Of a DNA stretch of 64,000 nt, positions 1-11,700 are shown one piece after another. The stretch is from the human T2T-CHM13v2.0 reference genome, Homo sapiens. A model generated the notes under the pieces. That model saw only the letters and a program-made list of their open reading frames with translations. It made no database searches and had not been told where the DNA came from. Each line of letters begins with the position of its first letter. The first letter of the stretch is position 1. Location: the NCBI RefSeq assembly GCF_009914755.1, contig NC_060941.1; one strand, 5' to 3'. A program made the position numbers and the translations under genes.

Positions 1-270
1 CTGCATTCAACTCACAGTGTGGAACCTTTCTTTGATAGTTCAGGTTTGAAACACTCTTTTTGTAGAAACTGCAAGGGGATCATTGCACTTCTTTGAGGCC
101 TACCGTAGTAAAGGAAATAACTTCCTATAAAAAGAAGACAGAAGCTTTCTCAGAAAATTCTTTGGGATGATTGAGTTGAGCAAACAGAGCTGAACACTCC
201 TTGCGATGTAGCAGTTTAGAAACACCCTTTCTGCAGAATCTGCAAGTGCATATGTGGACCTCTCTGAGGA

Positions 271-287
271 ATTCGTTGGAAACGGGA
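271..287 (+). other. CENP-B box, intact core (m1), overlapping the EcoRI site; repeated in each HOR
   Basis: ATTCGTTGGAAACGGGA fits the established core nTTCGnnnnAnnCGGGn. Confidence 0.95.
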
Positions 288-436
288 TAATTTCAGCTGA
301 CTAAACAGAAGCAGTCTCAGAATCTTCTTTGTGATGTTTGCATTCAAATCCCAGAGTTGAACTTTCCTTTCCAAGTTCACGTTTGAAACACTCTTTTTGC
401 AGGATCTACAAGTGGATATTTGGACCACTCTGTGTC

Positions 437-453
437 CTTCGTTCGAAACGGGT
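437..453 (+). other. CENP-B box, intact core (m2)
   Basis: CTTCGTTCGAAACGGGT retains TTCG, A and CGGG. Confidence 0.9.
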
Positions 454-607
454 ATATCTTCACATGACATCTAGACAGAAGCATTCTCAGAAGCTTCTCT
501 GTGATGACTGCATTCAACTCACGGAGTTGAACACTCCTTTTGAGAGCGCAGTTTTGGAACTCTCTTTCTGTGGCATCTGCAAGGGGACATGTAGACCTCT
601 TTGAAGA

Positions 608-624
608 TTTCGTTGGAAACGGAA
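608..624 (+). other. Degenerate CENP-B box (m3)
   Basis: TTTCGTTGGAAACGGAA: CGGG is CGGA in the copies read, so it is predicted not to bind CENP-B. Confidence 0.85.
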
Positions 625-1120
625 TCATCTTCACATCAAAACTATACAGATGCATTCTCAGGAACTTTTTGGTGATGTTTGTATTCAACTCCCAGAGTTG
701 AACTTTCCTTTGGAAAGAGCAGCTATGAAACACTCTTTTTCTAGAATCTGCAAGTGGACGTTTGGAGGGCTTTGTGGTTTGTGGTGGAAAAGGAAATATC
801 TTCACCTAAATACTAGATAGAAGCATTCTCAGAAACTGCTTTGTGATGATTGCATTCACCTCACAGAGTTGAACATTCCTATTGATAGAGCAGTTTGGAA
901 ACACTCTTCTTGTGGAATGTGCAAGTGGAGATTTGGAGCGCTTTGAGGCCTATGGTAGTAAAGGGAATAGCTTCATAGAAAAACTAGACAGAAGCATTCT
1001 CAGAAAATACTTTGTGATGATTGAGTTGAACTCACAGAGCTGAACATTCCTTTGGATGGAGCAGGTTTGAGACACACTTTTTGTAGAATCTACAAGTGGA
1101 TATTTGGACCTCTCTGAGGA

Positions 1121-1137
1121 TTTCGTTGGAAACGGGA
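1121..1137 (+). other. CENP-B box, intact core (m6)
   Basis: TTTCGTTGGAAACGGGA. Confidence 0.95.
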
Positions 1138-1286
1138 TAACTGCACCTAACTAAACGGAAGCATTCTCAGAAACTTCTTGGTGATGTTTGCATTCAAATC
1201 CCAGAGTTGAACCTTCCTTTGAGAGTTCAGGTTTGAAACACTCTTTTTGTAGGATCTGCAAGTGGATATTTGGACCACTCTGTGGC

Positions 1287-1303
1287 CTTCGTTCGAAACG
1301 GGT
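1287..1303 (+). other. CENP-B box, intact core (m7)
   Basis: CTTCGTTCGAAACGGGT. Confidence 0.9.
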
Positions 1304-1457
1304 ACATCTTCGCATAAAATCTAGACAGAAGCCTTCTCAGAAACTTCTCTGTGATGATTGCATTCAACTCACAGAGTTGAACCCTCCTATGGATAGAGCA
1401 GTGTTGAAACTCTCTTTTTGTGGAATCTGCAAGCGGATATGTGGACCTCTCCGAAGA

Positions 1458-1474
1458 TGTCTTTGGCAACGGGA
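1458..1474 (+). other. Degenerate CENP-B box (m8)
   Basis: Array consensus is TGTCTTTGGAAACGGGA, with TTCG lost. This copy also has a private A>C at 1467. Confidence 0.8.
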
Positions 1475-1799
1475 ATATCTTCACATAAAAACTAAACAGA
1501 AGCATTCTCAGAAACTTCTCTGTGATGTTTGTGTTCAACTCCCAGAGTTTCACATTGCTTCTCATAGAGTAGTTCTGAAACATGCTTTTCGTAGTGTCTG
1601 CAAGTGGACATTTGGAGCGCTTTCAGGCCTGTGGTGGAAAACGAATTATGGTCACATAAAAACTGGAGAGAAGCATTGTCAGAAACTTCTTTGTGATGAT
1701 TGCATTCAAGTCACAGAGTTGAAGGTTCCTTTTCAAAGAGCAGTTTCCAATCACTCTTTCTGTGGAATCTGCAAGTGGATATTTGGACCTCTTTGAAGA

Positions 1800-1816
1800 T
1801 TTCGTTGGAAACGGGA
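1800..1816 (+). other. CENP-B box, intact core (m10)
   Basis: TTTCGTTGGAAACGGGA. Confidence 0.95.
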
Positions 1817-2301
1817 GAATCTTCACAGAAAAGCTAAACAGAAGCATTCTCAGAAACTTCTTTGTGATGCTTGCATTCAACTCACAGAGTTGAACTTTCC
1901 TTTCGAGAGAGAAGCTTTGAAACACTCTTTTTCCAGAATCTGCAAGTGGACATTTGGAGGGCTTTGAGGCCTGTGGTGGAAAAGGAATTATCTTCCCGTA
2001 AAAGCTAGATAGAAGCATTCTCAGAAACTACTTTGTGATGATTGCATTCAAGTCACAGAGTTGAACATTCCCTTTGACAGAGCAGTTTGGAAACTCTCTT
2101 TGCGTAGAATCTGCAAGTGGAGATATGGACCGCTTTGAGGCCTATGGTAGTAAAGGAAATAGCTTCATATAAAAGCTAGACAGCAGCATTCACAGAAAAC
2201 TCTTGGTGACGACTGAGTTTAACTCACAGAGCTGAACATTCCTTTGGATGGAGCAGTTTCGAAACACACTATTTGTAGAATGTGCAAGTGGATATGTGGG
2301 C

Positions 2302-2790
2302 CTCTCTGAGGATTTCGTTGGAAACGGGATAAACCGCACAGAACTAAACAGAAGCATTCTCAGAACCTTCTTCGTGATGTTTGCATTCAACTCACAGTGT
2401 TGAACCTTTCTTTGATAGTTCAGGTTGGAAACGGTCTTTCTGTAGAAACTGCAAGTAGATATTTGGACCTCTCTGAGGATTTCGTTGGAAACGGGATAAA
2501 CCGCACAGAACTAAAACAGAAGCATTCTCAGAACCCTCTTCGTGATGTTTGCATTCAACTCACGGTGCTGAACCTTTCTTTGATAGTTCAGCTTTGAAAC
2601 ACTCTTTTTGTAGAAACTGCAAGTGGATATTTGGTCCCCTCTGAGGATTTCGTTGGAAACGGGATAAACCGCACAGAACTAAACAGAAGCATTCTCAGAA
2701 CCTTCTTCGTGATGTCTGCATTCAACTCACAGTGTGGAACCTTTCTTTGATAGTTCAGGTTTGAAACACTCTTTTTGTAGAAACTGCAAG
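2302..2790 (+). repeat. Internal near-identical monomer triplication (167-168 bp x3) within each HOR
   Basis: ctgaggatttcgttggaaacgggataaaccgcacagaactaaa(a)cagaagcattctcagaacc(t/c)tcttcgtgatgt...aacctttctttgatagttcag recurs three times with few differences. Confidence 0.95.
2313..2664 (+). other. Three consecutive intact CENP-B boxes (m13 2313-2329, m14 2480-2496, m15 2648-2664)
   Basis: TTTCGTTGGAAACGGGA occurs three times at 167-168 bp spacing. With m1, m2, m6, m7 and m10 this gives 8 intact cores per 16-mer. Confidence 0.95.
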
Positions 2791-5700
2791 GGGATCATTG
2801 CACTTCTTTGAGGCCTACAGTAGTAAAGGAAATAACTTCCTATAAAAAGAAGACAGAAGCTTTCTCAGAAAATTCTTTGGGATGATTGAGTTGAGCAAAC
2901 AGAGCTGAACACTCCTTGCGATGTAGCAGTTTAGAAACACCCTTTCTGCAGAATCTGCAAGTGCATATGTGGACCTCTCTGAGGAATTCGTTGGAAACGG
3001 GATAATTTCAGCTGACTAAACAGAAGCAGTCTCAGAATCTTCTTTGTGATGTTTGCATTCAAATCCCAGAGTTGAACTTTCCTTTCCAAGTTCACGTTTG
3101 AAACACTCTTTTTGCAGGATCTACAAGTGGATATTTGGACCACTCTGTGTCCTTCGTTCGAAACGGGTATATCTTCACATGACATCTAGACAGAAGCATT
3201 CTCAGAAGCTTCTCTGTGATGACTGCATTCAACTCACGGAGTTGAACACTCCTTTTGAGAGCGCAGTTTTGGAACTCTCTTTCTGTGGCATCTGCAAGGG
3301 GACATGTAGACCTCTTTGAAGATTTCGTTGGAAACGGAATCATCTTCACATCAAAACTATACAGATGCATTCTCAGGAACTTTTTGGTGATGTTTGTATT
3401 CAACTCCCAGAGTTGAACTTTCCTTTGGAAAGAGCAGCTATGAAACACTCTTTTTCTAGAATCTGCAAGTGGACGTTTGGAGGGCTTTGTGGTTTGTGGT
3501 GGAAAAGGAAATATCTTCACCTAAATACTAGATAGAAGCATTCTCAGAAACTGCTTTGTGATGATTGCATTCACCTCACAGAGTTGAACATTCCTATTGA
3601 TAGAGCAGTTTGGAAACACTCTTCTTGTGGAATGTGCAAGTGGAGATTTGGAGCGCTTTGAGGCCTATGGTAGTAAAGGGAATAGCTTCATAGAAAAACT
3701 AGACAGAAGCATTCTCAGAAAATACTTTGTGATGATTGAGTTGAACTCACAGAGCTGAACATTCCTTTGGATGGAGCAGGTTTGAGACACACTTTTTGTA
3801 GAATCTACAAGTGGATATTTGGACCTCTCTGAGGATTTCGTTGGAAACGGGATAACTGCACCTAACTAAACGGAAGCATTCTCAGAAACTTCTTGGTGAT
3901 GTTTGCATTCAAATCCCAGAGTTGAACCTTCCTTTGAGAGTTCAGGTTTGAAACACTCTTTTTGTAGGATCTGCAAGTGGATATTTGGACCACTCTGTGG
4001 CCTTCGTTCGAAACGGGTACATCTTCGCATAAAATCTAGACAGAAGCCTTCTCAGAAACTTCTCTGTGATGATTGCATTCAACTCACAGAGTTGAACCCT
4101 CCTATGGATAGAGCAGTGTTGAAACTCTCTTTTTGTGGAATCTGCAAGCGGATATGTGGACCTCTCCGAAGATGTCTTTGGAAACGGGAATATCTTCACA
4201 TAAAAACTAAACAGAAGCATTCTCAGAAACTTCTCTGTGATGTTTGTGTTCAACTCCCAGAGTTTCACATTGCTTCTCATAGAGTAGTTCTGAAACATGC
4301 TTTTCGTAGTGTCTGCAAGTGGACATTTGGAGCGCTTTCAGGCCTGTGGTGGAAAACGAATTATGGTCACATAAAAACTGGAGAGAAGCATTGTCAGAAA
4401 CTTCTTTGTGATGATTGCATTCAAGTCACAGAGTTGAAGGTTCCTTTTCAAAGAGCAGTTTCCAATCACTCTTTCTGTGGAATCTGCAAGTGGATATTTG
4501 GACCTCTTTGAAGATTTCGTTGGAAACGGGAGAATCTTCACAGAAAAGCTAAACAGAAGCATTCTCAGAAACTTCTTTGTGATGCTTGCATTCAACTCAC
4601 AGAGTTGAACTTTCCTTTCGAGAGAGAAGCTTTGAAACACTCTTTTTCCAGAATCTGCAAGTGGACATTTGGAGGGCTTTGAGGCCTGTGGTGGAAAAGG
4701 AATTATCTTCCCGTAAAAGCTAGATAGAAGCATTCTCAGAAACTACTTTGTGATGATTGCATTCAAGTCACAGAGTTGAACATTCCCTTTGACAGAGCAG
4801 TTTGGAAACTCTCTTTGCGTAGAATCTGCAAGTGGAGATATGGACCGCTTTGAGGCCTATGGTAGTAAAGGAAATAGCTTCATATAAAAGCTAGACAGCA
4901 GCATTCACAGAAAACTCTTGGTGACGACTGAGTTTAACTCACAGAGCTGAACATTCCTTTGGATGGAGCAGTTTCGAAACACACTATTTGTAGAATGTGC
5001 AAGTGGATATGTGGGCCTCTCTGAGGATTTCGTTGGAAACGGGATAAACCGCACAGAACTAAACAGAAGCATTCTCAGAACCTTCTTCGTGATGTTTGCA
5101 TTCAACTCACAGTGTTGAACCTTTCTTTGATAGTTCAGGTTGGAAACGGTCTTTCTGTAGAAACTGCAAGTAGATATTTGGACCTCTCTGAGGATTTCGT
5201 TGGAAACGGGATAAACCGCACAGAACTAAAACAGAAGCATTCTCAGAACCCTCTTCGTGATGTTTGCATTCAACTCACGGTGCTGAACCTTTCTTTGATA
5301 GTTCAGCTTTGAAACACTCTTTTTGTAGAAACTGCAAGTGGATATTTGGTCCTCTCTGAGGATTTCGTTGGAAACGGGATAAACCGCACAGAACTAAACA
5401 GAAGCATTCTCAGAACCTTCTTCGTGATGTCTGCATTCAACTCACAGTGTGGAACCTTTCTTTGATAGTTCAGGTTTGAAACACTCTTTTTGTAGAAACT
5501 GCAAGGGGATCATTGCACTTCTTTGAGGCCTACCGTAGTAAAGGAAATAACTTCCTATAAAAAGAAGACAGAAGCTTTCTCAGAAAATTCTTTGGGATGA
5601 TTGAGTTGAGCAAACAGAGCTGAACACTCCTTGCGATGTAGCAGTTTAGAAACACCCTTTCTGCAGAATCTGCAAGTGCATATGTGGACCTCTCTGAGGA

Positions 5701-8700
5701 ATTCGTTGGAAACGGGATAATTTCAGCTGACTAAACAGAAGCAGTCTCAGAATCTTCTTTGTGATGTTTGCATTCAAATCCCAGAGTTGAACTTTCCTTT
5801 CCAAGTTCACGTTTGAAACACTCTTTTTGCAGGATCTACAAGTGGATATTTGGACCACTCTGTGTCCTTCGTTCGAAACGGGTATATCTTCACATGACAT
5901 CTAGACAGAAGCATTCTCAGAAGCTTCTCTGTGATGACTGCATTCAACTCACGGAGTTGAACACTCCTTTTGAGAGCGCAGTTTTGGAACTCTCTTTCTG
6001 TGGCATCTGCAAGGGGACATGTAGACCTCTTTGAAGATTTCGTTGGAAACGGAATCATCTTCACATAAAAACTATACAGATGCATTCTCAGGAACTTTTT
6101 GGTGATGTTTGTATTCAACTCCCAGAGTTGAACTTTCCTTTGGAAAGAGCAGCTATGAAACACTCTTTTTCTAGAATCTGCAAGTGGACGTTTGGAGGGC
6201 TTTGTGGTTTGTGGTGGAAAAGGAAATATCTTCACCTAAATACTAGATAGAAGCATTCTCAGAAACTGCTTTGTGATGATTGCATTCACCTCACAGAGTT
6301 GAACATTCCTATTGATAGAGCAGTTTGGAAACACTCTTCTTGTGGAATGTGCAAGTGGAGATTTGGAGCGCTTTGAGGCCTATGGTAGTAAAGGGAATAG
6401 CTTCATAGAAAAACTAGACAGAAGCATTCTCAGAAAATACTTTGTGATGATTGAGTTGAACTCACAGAGCTGAACATTCCTTTGGATGGAGCAGGTTTGA
6501 GACACACTTTTTGTAGAATCTACAAGTGGATATTTGGACCTCTCTGAGGATTTCGTTGGAAACGGGATAACTGCACCTAACTAAACGGAAGCATTCTCAG
6601 AAACTTCTTGGTGATGTTTGCATTCAAATCCCAGAGTTGAACCTTCCTTTGAGAGTTCAGGTTTGAAACACTCTTTTTGTAGGATCTGCAAGTGGATATT
6701 TGGACCACTCTGTGGCCTTCGTTCGAAACGGGTACATCTTCGCATAAAATCTAGACAGAAGCCTTCTCAGAAACTTCTCTGTGATGATTGCATTCAACTC
6801 ACAGAGTTGAACCCTCCTATGGATAGAGCAGTGTTGAAACTCTCTTTTTGTGGAATCTGCAAGCGGATATGTGGACCTCTCCGAAGATGTCTTTGGAAAC
6901 GGGAATATCTTCACATAAAAACTAAACAGAAGCATTCTCAGAAACTTCTCTGTGATGTTTGTGTTCAACTCCCAGAGTTTCACATTGCTTCTCATAGAGT
7001 AGTTCTGAAACATGCTTTTCGTAGTGTCTGCAAGTGGACATTTGGAGCGCTTTCAGGCCTGTGGTGGAAAACGAATTATGGTCACATAAAAACTGGAGAG
7101 AAGCATTGTCAGAAACTTCTTTGTGATGATTGCATTCAAGTCACAGAGTTGAAGGTTCCTTTTCAAAGAGCAGTTTCCAATCACTCTTTCTGTGGAATCT
7201 GCAAGTGGATATTTGGACCTCTTTGAAGATTTCGTTGGAAACGGGAGAATCTTCACAGAAAAGCTAAACAGAAGCATTCTCAGAAACTTCTTTGTGATGC
7301 TTGCATTCAACTCACAGAGTTGAACTTTCCTTTCGAGAGAGAAGCTTTGAAACACTCTTTTTCCAGAATCTGCAAGTGGACATTTGGAGGGCTTTGAGGC
7401 CTGTGGTGGAAAAGGAATTATCTTCCCGTAAAAGCTAGATAGAAGCATTCTCAGAAACTACTTTGTGATGATTGCATTCAAGTCACAGAGTTGAACATTC
7501 CCTTTGACAGAGCAGTTTGGAAACTCTCTTTGCGTAGAATCTGCAAGTGGAGATATGGACCGCTTTGAGGCCTATGGTAGTAAAGGAAATAGCTTCATAT
7601 AAAAGCTAGACAGCAGCATTCACAGAAAACTCTTGGTGACGACTGAGTTTAACTCACAGAGCTGAACATTCCTTTGGATGGAGCAGTTTCGAAACACACT
7701 ATTTGTAGAATGTGCAAGTGGATATGTGGGCCTCTCTGAGGATTTCGTTGGAAACGGGATAAACCGCACAGAACTAAACAGAAGCATTCTCAGAACCTTC
7801 TTCGTGATGTTTGCATTCAACTCACAGTGTTGAACCTTTCTTTGATAGTTCAGGTTGGAAACGGTCTTTCTGTAGAAACTGCAAGTAGATATTTGGACCT
7901 CTCTGAGGATTTCGTTGGAAACGGGATAAACCGCACAGAACTAAAACAGAAGCATTCTCAGAACCCTCTTCGTGATGTTTGCATTCAACTCACGGTGCTG
8001 AACCTTTCTTTGATAGTTCAGCTTTGAAACACTCTTTTTGTAGAAACTGCAAGTGGATATTTGGTCCCCTCTGAGGATTTCGTTGGAAACGGGATAAACC
8101 GCACAGAACTAAACAGAAGCATTCTCAGAACCTTCTTCGTGATGTCTGCATTCAACTCACAGTGTGGAACCTTTCTTTGATAGTTCAGGTTTGAAACACT
8201 CTTTTTGTAGAAACTGCAAGGGGATCATTGCACTTCTTTGAGGCCTACCGTAGTAAAGGAAATAACTTCCTATAAAAAGAAGACAGAAGCTTTCTCAGAA
8301 AATTCTTTGGGATGATTGAGTTGAGCAAACAGAGCTGAACACTCCTTGCGATGTAGCAGTTTAGAAACACCCTTTCTGCAGAATCTGCAAGTGCATATGT
8401 GGACCTCTCTGAGGAATTCGTTGGAAACGGGATAATTTCAGCTGACTAAACAGAAGCAGTCTCAGAATCTTCTTTGTGATGTTTGCATTCAAATCCCAGA
8501 GTTGAACTTTCCTTTCCAAGTTCACGTTTGAAACACTCTTTTTGCAGGATCTACAAGTGGATATTTGGACCACTCTGTGTCCTTCGTTCGAAACGGGTAT
8601 ATCTTCACATGACATCTAGACAGAAGCATTCTCAGAAGCTTCTCTGTGATGACTGCATTCAACTCACGGAGTTGAACACTCCTTTTGAGAGCGCAGTTTT

Positions 8701-11700
8701 GGAACTCTCTTTCTGTGGCATCTGCAAGGGGACATGTAGACCTCTTTGAAGATTTCGTTGGAAACGGAATCATCTTCACATAAAAACTATACAGATGCAT
8801 TCTCAGGAACTTTTTGGTGATGTTTGTATTCAACTCCCAGAGTTGAACTTTCCTTTGGAAAGAGCAGCTATGAAACACTCTTTTTCTAGAATCTGCAAGT
8901 GGACGTTTGGAGGGCTTTGTGGTTTGTGGTGGAAAAGGAAATATCTTCACCTAAATACTAGATAGAAGCATTCTCAGAAACTGCTTTGTGATGATTGCAT
9001 TCACCTCACAGAGTTGAACATTCCTATTGATAGAGCAGTTTGGAAACACTCTTCTTGTGGAATGTGCAAGTGGAGATTTGGAGCGCTTTGAGGCCTATGG
9101 TAGTAAAGGGAATAGCTTCATAGAAAAACTAGACAGAAGCATTCTCAGAAAATACTTTGTGATGATTGAGTTGAACTCACAGAGCTGAACATTCCTTTGG
9201 ATGGAGCAGGTTTGAGACACACTTTTTGTAGAATCTACAAGTGGATATTTGGACCTCTCTGAGGATTTCGTTGGAAACGGGATAACTGCACCTAACTAAA
9301 CGGAAGCATTCTCAGAAACTTCTTGGTGATGTTTGCATTCAAATCCCAGAGTTGAACCTTCCTTTGAGAGTTCAGGTTTGAAACACTCTTTTTGTAGGAT
9401 CTGCAAGTGGATATTTGGACCACTCTGTGGCCTTCGTTCGAAACGGGTACATCTTCGCATAAAATCTAGACAGAAGCCTTCTCAGAAACTTCTCTGTGAT
9501 GATTGCATTCAACTCACAGAGTTGAACCCTCCTATGGATAGAGCAGTGTTGAAACTCTCTTTTTGTGGAATCTGCAAGCGGATATGTGGACCTCTCCGAA
9601 GATGTCTTTGGAAACGGGAATATCTTCACATAAAAACTAAACAGAAGCATTCTCAGAAACTTCTCTGTGATGTTTGTGTTCAACTCCCAGAGTTTCACAT
9701 TGCTTCTCATAGAGTAGTTCTGAAACATGCTTTTCGTAGTGTCTGCAAGTGGACATTTGGAGCGCTTTCAGGCCTGTGGTGGAAAACGAATTATGGTCAC
9801 ATAAAAACTGGAGAGAAGCATTGTCAGAAACTTCTTTGTGATGATTGCATTCAAGTCACAGAGTTGAAGGTTCCTTTTCAAAGAGCAGTTTCCAATCACT
9901 CTTTCTGTGGAATCTGCAAGTGGATATTTGGACCTCTTTGAAGATTTCGTTGGAAACGGGAGAATCTTCACAGAAAAGCTAAACAGAAGCATTCTCAGAA
10001 ACTTCTTTGTGATGCTTGCATTCAACTCACAGAGTTGAACTTTCCTTTCGAGAGAGAAGCTTTGAAACACTCTTTTTCCAGAATCTGCAAGTGGACATTT
10101 GGAGGGCTTTGAGGCCTGTGGTGGAAAAGGAATTATCTTCCCGTAAAAGCTAGATAGAAGCATTCTCAGAAACTACTTTGTGATGATTGCATTCAAGTCA
10201 CAGAGTTGAACATTCCCTTTGACAGAGCAGTTTGGAAACTCTCTTTGCGTAGAATCTGCAAGTGGAGATATGGACCGCTTTGAGGCCTATGGTAGTAAAG
10301 GAAATAGCTTCATATAAAAGCTAGACAGCAGCATTCACAGAAAACTCTTGGTGACGACTGAGTTTAACTCACAGAGCTGAACATTCCTTTGGATGGAGCA
10401 GTTTCGAAACACACTATTTGTAGAATGTGCAAGTGGATATGTGGGCCTCTCTGAGGATTTCGTTGGAAACGGGATAAACCGCACAGAACTAAACAGAAGC
10501 ATTCTCAGAACCTTCTTCGTGATGTTTGCATTCAACTCACAGTGTTGAACCTTTCTTTGATAGTTCAGGTTGGAAACGGTCTTTCTGTAGAAACTGCAAG
10601 TAGATATTTGGACCTCTCTGAGGATTTCGTTGGAAACGGGATAAACCGCACAGAACTAAAACAGAAGCATTCTCAGAACCCTCTTCGTGATGTTTGCATT
10701 CAACTCACGGTGCTGAACCTTTCTTTGATAGTTCAGCTTTGAAACACTCTTTTTGTAGAAACTGCAAGTGGATATTTGGTCCCCTCTGAGGATTTCGTTG
10801 GAAACGGGATAAACCGCACAGAACTAAACAGAAGCATTCTCAGAACCTTCTTCGTGATGTCTGCATTCAACTCACAGTGTGGAACCTTTCTTTGATAGTT
10901 CAGGTTTGAAACACTCTTTTTGTAGAAACTGCAAGGGGATCATTGCACTTCTTTGAGGCCTACCGTAGTAAAGGAAATAACTTCCTATAAAAAGAAGACA
11001 GAAGCTTTCTCAGAAAATTCTTTGGGATGATTGAGTTGAGCAAACAGAGCTGAACACTCCTTGCGATGTAGCAGTTTAGAAACACCCTTTCTGCAGAATC
11101 TGCAAGTGCATATGTGGACCTCTCTGAGGAATTCGTTGGAAACGGGATAATTTCAGCTGACTAAACAGAAGCAGTCTCAGAATCTTCTTTGTGATGTTTG
11201 CATTCAAATCCCAGAGTTGAACTTTCCTTTCAAAGTTCACGTTTGAAACACTCTTTTTGCAGGATCTACAAGTGGATATTTGGACCACTCTGTGTCCTTC
11301 GTTCGAAACGGGTATATCTTCACATGACATCTAGACAGAAGCATTCTCAGAAGCTTCTCTGTGATGACTGCATTCAACTCACGGAGTTGAACACTCCTTT
11401 TGAGAGCGCAGTTTTGAAACTCTCTTTCTGTGGCATCTGCAAGGGGACATGTAGACCTCTTTGAAGATTTCGTTGGAAACGGAATCATCTTCACATAAAA
11501 ACTATACAGATGCATTCTCAGGAACTTTTTGGTGATGTTTGTATTCAACTCCCAGAGTTGAACTTTCCTTTGGAAAGAGCAGCTATGAAACACTCTTTTT
11601 CTAGAATCTGCAAGTGGACGTTTGGAGGGCTTTGTGGTTTGTGGTGGAAAAGGAAATATCTTCACCTAAATACTAGATAGAAGCATTCTCAGAAACTGCT

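Larger units (their letters stand above)
779..2831 (+). other. A-type (pJalpha-like) boxes in m4 (779), m5 (950), m9 (1629), m11 (1971), m12 (2142) and m16 (2815)
   Basis: Motifs such as CTGTGGTGGAAAAGGAA and CTATGGTAGTAAAGGAA occupy the box position. The resulting A/B order is BBBAA-BBBA-BAA-BBBA, consistent with a rearranged SF3 pentamer. Confidence 0.8.
269..2983 (+). repeat. D17Z1: Canonical 16-mer HOR unit (2,715 bp, EcoRI-bounded), most likely human chromosome 17 D17Z1, SF3
   Basis: Seen: monomer starts at 145, 312, 482, 653, 824, 995, 1162, 1332, 1503, 1674, 1845, 2016, 2187, 2355, 2523 and 2690 (m1-m16), next unit at 2860; GAATTC at 269-274 and again at 2984. Established: D17Z1 is a ~2.7 kb EcoRI 16-mer derived from the SF3 pentamer. 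The chromosome and species assignment is by recognition, not by search. Confidence 0.88.

Noticed and set aside
437-500. Short palindromes (TTCGAA, TCTAGA, AAGCTT) as hairpins or terminators
   Set aside because: Six-base dyads are expected by chance, and I saw no extended stem.
1188-1796. Cys/His-rich repeating peptide (CxxC motifs) resembling a zinc finger
   Set aside because: The spacing follows the monomer period and does not match the C2H2 consensus or linker.
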